Assembly: GCA_037447605.1 (NCBI GenBank)
Contig: CM074804.1
Location: forward strand, 3,010,252-3,074,251
Source of the DNA: Zygnema circumcarinatum SAG 698-1b
Taxonomy: Eukaryota; Plantae; Zygnematophyceae
Reading direction: 5' to 3'
DNA length: 64,000 bases
Each line of letters starts with the position of its first letter. The stretch's first letter is position 1. The notes beneath the pieces are model-generated. The model searched no databases. It was not told the origin of the DNA and saw nothing but the letters and a program-made list of their open reading frames with translations. The translations under genes were made by a program, and so were the position numbers. Of this stretch, positions 58,101 to 64,000 are shown in pieces.

Positions 58101-60460
58101 TGCCAAATATCACAGGTCTCACCTTATACACAGAAATGTGAGCGCTGAATGCTATGCCGTATGAAGCCCCGAAGGAGACGCTGCCTATTGATGCATTCTG
58201 CACCATGGACCCCGCCGCTATGGATGCCACATGGGAGCCATGGCCGTCGGGATCACGGGCAGAACGAAACTCTCCGCCGCTCCCATAGCTACCATAGTCG
58301 CCGACTTCGTCGTCATAGGAATTTGGAAAGTATCGCGCTCCAATGATCTTGCTGCATGCATTGAATGGGAACAGTCAGTCATGATTCAATGGGAGGTAGA
58401 ATTAGGTCAAGTGTTTGTGCAGGTCATGTGCGGCATGTGGAGCTGCATGAATCGAGATTACTACCAGGGAATGAACTTTTTTTAGGTTGAAAAAGGGTCT
58501 CATACTTGTTGCAGGTCACAGACGACCAGTTGGTTCCGACTTCACAAGTTCCACTGAACTTCGCGGGTGGAGGTGGCATATCTTCATCACTAAAACTCGA
58601 GTCTTCAGGCCAAATTCCTGCAACGAAATGTGCAAATTTTAGAAACACGGTTTTGCATACAGTCATCGATCGGTGTTTTGAAGAGAAAGTGGAACATAGC
58701 AAAGCTGGTAGCGCTCACCTGTGTCTAATATGCCAACTACTACTCCTCTACCGGTCGACCTCGACCAGAGTCCCGGGGGAGTACTTGTAGAAGGATCATT
58801 CAGGCCAAGAAAAAAGGGAGCGTATGTGGTGTGCGGGCGGAACACCACATCGGGCTCAACTGAAACAACACCTTCCATCTCTGCAGAGTACGAAACGCCA
58901 CAAACGGGAAAAATAATAATAGCAAATTGAGAGAGTGGACGTGAAGATCATAATCAGTCGCGGAATTAGAGTTCCTAAGCGAGTAAAAATGAATGCTGCA
59001 AAGTGAGCTCGCGGAGTTTCGTTTTCTAAGTATGGGCTCAGTGTCGAATCTGACGACTTAAAACAATTTATGTCAGTTGGAGCTTCACCTTGCAATACAG
59101 CTGCCTGTGCCTCAGAGAGGCGAGCAACAAAGCCATTCGTGACGATGGATAGGCTCGCCACCTTGTCGGAAGGGCTGCAGGCAGTGTGACCCAAATTGTT
59201 GCATTAAATGGGAGTTCTACGGGGAAATGGGTGGAGGAAAAGGAAATACCCTTGTCAAAACCAAATTAGTTTAAAACTAGCCCATGTTTGCTCCCGTCCT
59301 TGCTTACAGCTGCCGTTGAGTAAAAGACAAAATAATGTTAAATTCTAGAGTTTCTCCACGATTTAGTTTCAATATGTTCGAGGTCATACCGTGCAGCAAT
59401 CTGCATGAGCAGATCATCGTGACGGGCAACACACTCCGCATGATATGCCTCCTGTTCTGACGCTGACCTTCTCACCGTTCTCGAATCTTTTCCTCCGTCG
59501 TGAAGCAGGTGTTTGTCTAAGTGCACAATATATACCTGCGTTAATGAGTGATGTTCATCATCAAAAAAGAAGCGAAGGGGGATATGACACAGAGACATAG
59601 ACGAAAGAGAAGAGGGAGAGGAAAAAGGAGGAGAATAATGAAGAAGGACAAGGGTGGCGAAAAGAGGAAGGAGAGGGAGAATGGTAACGGAGTAGAACGA
59701 GAGGATGAAAGAAAGAAACAGAGGGATAAAGGGAGAGACGCGGAAGGTACGTGGAGAGAACAAAAAGGAGAGCGGCAAAAGGAAGGGAAGAAGGCACTTG
59801 CAAACAGAGAAAGACAAAGGCAGAGAAAAAGCTGAGCTTGGGAGTTCAGTATTGATAAAACGCAATCATTGTCACTTTCTAAAAGTACTATCGACGTCCT
59901 CATTTAAAAGGAGATATTTCTCTTAAATCTTTCGACAAGCCCATCGCTTCAGCTCGGGTAAATGAAAGTGTAAATGAAAAAAATGAAATCTTGTTTTTCC
60001 GCCAGAACAGCTATGGTTCCTCGACCAATTAATAGCCGAAAATTGAAAATGAAATCCCTCCTACCTGACTCAGAGCTGCCATGCCCCGCCCTTAACCGCT
60101 ATCAATAGCCACCGTCCAGGACATGACCAGCACCTTAGCAAAGAGATATCGTGCATGTTTCCTCAAAATTTGAACTACGTCGCAGCGTAATTCCTGCTTG
60201 ACCTCGTGAATCATGGAATCATAAAGACGAATACCATTCATATATTTGGCTGTCCAAGATATCCTTATCTTGAATTTCTTACATTATCCTAAATCATCTG
60301 AAATCGGGAACATCAAATTCCTTCCACAATCAAATCTTAATAACTAAAAAGCTCCATTCACCCTCTTCACCTGCTTGCACAAGGCTCCACCAAGCAAGCA
60401 TGCCAGAAGTGCTGCCCTTGCAACAGCAGCAGCATCCCTCCTTCCACCGCAGGCCGCCAT
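55102..60460 (-). CDS. Subtilisin-like serine protease (S8A: signal peptide, I9, PA, Fn3-like) with Pro-rich stalk and hydrophobic C-terminus, 13 exons, ~898 aa
   Basis: Exons complement(60371..60460, 59390..59535, 59089..59174, 58719..58880, 58506..58617, 58123..58351, 57635..58018, 57406..57512, 57051..57287, 56687..56804, 56318..56555, 55730..56140, 55102..55478), 2697 nt in frame. Catalytic [13 protein letters not shown] and GTSMSCPHV, oxyanion SAGNAG, HTT maturation site, [22 protein letters not shown]. Confidence 0.92.
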
Positions 60461-60515
60461 AATCCACCGCTCCTCCCCTCCGGCTCTCCCCCCTCCCCCC
60501 CCGTCCTGCCACCGC

Positions 60516-60517
<2 letters not shown>

Positions 60518-60550
<33 letters not shown>
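60518..60550. repeat. (CAG)11 trinucleotide repeat just upstream of the subtilase ATG
   Basis: 11 perfect CAG units on the + strand, read as CTG/TGC on the gene strand. Confidence 0.9.
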
Positions 60551-60551
<1 letters not shown>

Positions 60552-61488
60552 GGGTGCACGCCATGGCGCGGCGCCTTCTTGGCGCTTTCAGCCGCCCCCC
60601 GTTCCGGCGCCGTCAACGGCTACTTTCCACCCCGCCCCGTCCCACCCCCCGTGTGAACGCGCCCGCCCCCGGGCGTTGCTGTGCGAACGCGCGCCCCTCG
60701 CGCTTGGCGCGTAGCGGGGAGCGCGCACGCACGCAAGGGGCTCGCCCCGCGGTACAGGCCGTGCCGTACGGTGCGCGCTGACCGTACTGTACGGCGCGCT
60801 CCGCCCTTCTCAGTCCGTGAAGACGCAGGGATCGCAGCAGTGACCGACCGGAGCAGGGCCAGACCGGGCCGGGCAGGACGCCAGGACCGGCCGGGACCGG
60901 CCAGGACCCGGTCTGGGCCCCTGGCCGGGCCGAGCCAGGCCAGGCCGGGCCGAGGCGCATTGTGAACACGGGGAAAAAAGCGGGGCGACAGGGCGGCTGG
61001 TTCGTGCGGATGGCGCCACGTGGACCGGTAGCTGTCCGTACGGGGGCTGTCGCGTCCTCCCCCGGCGCTGGCGCTGTGCTGGGGCGGACGAGGACAAGAC
61101 GCGACGAGAGGCACTGTTCTCCGGAGGGTGAGCTTGGACAGGAGGAGAGACAATCTTGGATAGTTGGGACAGATAGTCCGCCTTTGAAGCAATGTGCGGC
61201 CAAAGTATCTCGAACTGTACTGCGTGAGACTTTTTGCTTCTAATGACTTACATGGCTTTCTTTGTTCTGTTGACAAGCCTTTCTCTTGGACGGGGCACCT
61301 TAGGGCGACCTTCAGCTGATTGGGAGATGGAAGCACAGACCAGATCCATAGTGTACAGATAGCCCACCCTCCGTCAACGAACAATCCATCAACAGCCAAA
61401 ATTGTAAGCAGATCACACAGCTTTATTGCCTTGGACCCTGAATACAGGACAGCTCATTGCAAGATCTGTGGGCCTGAGCAGAGGGGCG

Positions 61489-62773
61489 CTATTGGCTCAC
61501 TCTCTCCTGCTCCAGCTCCTCCTCATACTCCACCTGCAGAACAATGAAACAGGCTCTTGTAAGGACAGCAGACGGCGATCGAATCCCTCCAAAATACAAC
61601 AAACTTTCCAAACGCATTCTTTCAAAAGCGAAAGACTCAAAATGAGAAATAACTTGAAGCACAGATCCAAGAGCGATGCCCAAGAGCATATATCTTGCCT
61701 ACAAACCCAAAGTAAGATGGCACGTCTTTGCAAGAGAGTGGCTGACAAAGGGCACAGCCCTGGTCCCTCAGTCCCCACTTTATCTCCTTCGTCGTGCATT
61801 CCCTAATCCCTCTTAATGCGCCCATAACAGTTAAAGAGTGTGCAGAAAGGCGGTGTAAGGCATGCATCTGAAGGATTCTGTACCTCAACTCGCGGCCGTG
61901 TTCTTTTGGGTCTCTTGGCTTGAACAGCATCCAATGGCGGCCTCTTGCTCCCAACCGGCGGCCTCTTCTTACTCCCTCTTTCTTCTTCCTCCTCCTCCTC
62001 CTCCTCCTCGCTATCCTCCTCTGCAAAGCGAGACAACCCTCAACCATAATATGAAAAATGGGCCCTGAGAGACTGCTTTGATAAGATGAAGCTCCAAGAA
62101 TGAGCGACGAAACTACTTATCCACTTCACTCACAAGGTTCAGGAGGAGTAAATTTGAAAATCTGCAAATAAAAATCATTCTAGGAACTACGCCGTAGGAC
62201 AGGCATAAACGAGCAGAAAACTTTTCAACAGTGCATGACGCTGAAATAGAAAGGAAAGTAGAACAGAAAATATGCATTCACTTGTGGTGGAGCATTTGTG
62301 GTTGACGTCTGCACAGAAGACCAATTATGCCAGACATGAGATGGGAAGTCCTGAGCCGCCCCCTTACCCCCATTTTCCATGTAGCCACCTGAAGGGCGGT
62401 TGTAGTCCTCCAAGTCCTGGTCTGCTTCTTCATCAAGGTCAAAATCTTCCACATACTCCACCTCTGGTTCTTCTTCCCTTTCGTCTTCTTCCTCCTGTGC
62501 TTTCACAAGATTTCACGGGAGGGCTGTGTGAGTGTGTGCGTTAATGTGCATGCGTGCGTGAGAGTGAGAAAGAGAGAGGGGGGAGGCGGGCAAGGAGAGA
62601 CATAGAGTCCATCTCACCACTTCTTGCTCCAAGTCTGCAGCCATCTCATCTTCATCCTCTACCGCCTCCATTTCCTCCATGGCTAGGACGCGCTCATACT
62701 CTTTTGTTGGAAAGTTATATATGTCACCATATGTGCCACTCTGCAAGCGCTGCAGAAGCTCTTTTTCTATGGC
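61489..62773 (-). CDS. MAK16: Protein MAK16 homolog (60S biogenesis), last four exons only; 5' part outside the window
   Basis: Exons complement(62618..62773, 62389..62494, 61884..62020, 61489..61533). Motifs: AIEKELLQRLQSGTYGDIYNFP, EVEYVEDF, DLEDY, acidic/basic tail ending RVEVEYEEE. Confidence 0.9.
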
Positions 62774-62954
62774 CTGGACAATGATCAGCCGCCACCCCAT
62801 CCCTCAAGAAAACCGTGTGAGAATATGCAAACCACCAAAGCAAACATGCTCATAGACATTGTAGGATAAGCCATCGTCAAGAAACTGTATGAAACATCAA
62901 CCCATCTGATCGTGAGCGATCAAAAGAGGCCTTTAGAGCCTTTGTCAATTTCTC

Positions 62955-63791
62955 AAAAGCACTAAACATAAGTGGTATCAGTTTGATACTAATTGGTGTA
63001 GCAAATTCTGACTCGCAAAGAAGCTCATTTTGTGGTAATATAAATAAAGAGTTAGCCCAAAAAGTGCTACCTAACCCTATCATCATATCTTTAGCTAAAT
63101 AACCTACGAAAATACTACCAAAAGCTAACATTATTAAAGGAATAGCTATTAGAAGAGGAGCATCATGACATGCAGCAACATCGCGTTTAAATGCATTTAT
63201 TGGCCCCAAAAAAGTGGCAAACAATAAACGAAATGAATAGTACGATGTAAACAAAACCGAGATACTTCCCAACCAAAAAGCAAAGTTTCCGCTGATGGTA
63301 TATTTAGCATAAGCTAGTTCCAATATCACATCCTTCGAGTAAAATCCAGTCAAAAAAGGAAATCCTATCAAAGACAAACTACCAATAAGCATCATAGCAT
63401 ATGTAAAGGGTAATACACTAGCAAGTCCTCCCATTTTACGCATATCCTGCTCGTCTGACATAGCATGAATTACGGCACCTGCACTTAAGAATAAAAGTGC
63501 TTTAAAAAAAGCATGATTCATTAAATGAAATACGCTGACAGAATATTGAGATATACCACAAGCAAACACCATGTAACCTAATTGACTACAAGTTGAATAC
63601 GCAATTACACGCTTCAGATCATTTTGTAAAATACCAGTAGTAGCCGCAAAAAAAGAGGTCATAGCTCCGGCAAAAGTGACCACAATTAATGCATTTGGCG
63701 CATATTCAAATAAGGGTGAACATCTTGCTATCATAAATACACCTGCGGTTACCATAGTGGCAGCATGAAGCAAGGCTGATACTGGAGTTGG
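62955..63791 (-). pseudogene. nad5: Mitochondrial nad5 fragment (~279 codons, uninterrupted) inserted in nuclear DNA (NUMT)
   Basis: AT-rich block encoding [30 protein letters not shown]...[17 protein letters not shown]...GFYSKD...[10 protein letters not shown]; nad5 similarity stops there, in contiguous sequence about 180 bp from a MAK16 acceptor. Confidence 0.9.
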
Positions 63792-63989
63792 CTAACCCAA
63801 CACATTACAACACACAAGTTGCTTTAAACAAAAGTGTATTGCTAAGCAAATTCGAAGCTATCTGCTAGTTTCCAGAGATTGATTAGTAACTAATCAACGC
63901 TTCGAACTGATTCATAGGTCGGTCAAAGGCAACCAAGAGCAAGCTACCTATAAGGACGAAGGCAAGCGATCGAACAGTCAAACGCAAGC
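63792..63989 (-). mobile_element. Probable 3' end of a mitochondrial group I intron at the nad5i753 position, carried in the NUMT
   Basis: The expected AMEG codons before PTPVS are replaced by non-coding sequence ending in G. Nested stems: TTCGAAGC (63851) / GCTTCGAA (63899) around hairpin TTGATTAG-TAA-CTAATCAA (63879..63897). Truncated by a gap, so the catalytic core is not visible. Confidence 0.55.
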
Positions 63990-64000
63990 NNNNNNNNNNC

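Noticed and set aside
60613-61399. 196-aa and 259-aa minus-strand ORFs upstream of the subtilase
   Set aside because: They arise from GC-rich promoter sequence with GGCCG/GGACC pentamer repeats; no domains or splice support.
62877-63773. nad5 ORF as a functional nuclear-transferred gene
   Set aside because: It lacks the first ~250 and last ~130 codons, has no targeting peptide, and its apparent C-terminus is read-through into nuclear sequence.
11561-63999. Six 10-N gaps (11561, 13024, 16086, 21185, 37381, 63990) as biological features
   Set aside because: Assembly placeholders, five next to poly-C, G or A runs. True lengths are unknown, so intron sizes across them are unreliable.

Overview
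Eukaryotic nuclear DNA: gene-dense, intron-rich, short-read-style scaffold with six 10-N gaps, five of them beside homopolymer runs. I reconstructed by hand 13 spliced protein-coding genes from GT/GC-AG boundaries and reading-frame continuity (coordinates may be off by a few bases): Lhcb5/CP26, plastid-targeted MurA, a plant WD40 protein, an NTMC2T6-type SMP+C2 protein, a membrane-tethered bZIP17/28-type factor, PPIL1-type cyclophilin, plastid RsmB, a 71-aa twin-CX9C protein, RMC1/Mic1, a BNR/Asp-box propeller protein, an Alfin-like PHD protein, an S8 subtilase and the 3' part of MAK16. The gene set, plus a mitochondrial nad5 insert that lacks land-plant group II introns and needs no obvious editing, suggests a streptophyte alga (inference, not proven). 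The most interesting signals are: (1) a twin-CX9C ORF ending only 105 nt before the RMC1 ATG, likely a dicistronic or conserved-uORF unit; (2) a nad5 NUMT upstream of a MAK16 internal exon, breaking exactly at the nad5i753 group I intron site and carrying structured intron-like sequence; (3) a type II membrane sialidase-fold protein apparently lacking catalytic residues; (4) a subtilase with a Pro-rich stalk and C-terminal hydrophobic anchor; (5) helically phased and clustered promoter motifs; (6) a 1.2-kb foldback element, dispersed repeats and three GC-AG intron candidates. A 1453-bp exact duplication is most likely an assembly artefact. No tRNA, rRNA or CRISPR array could be supported.
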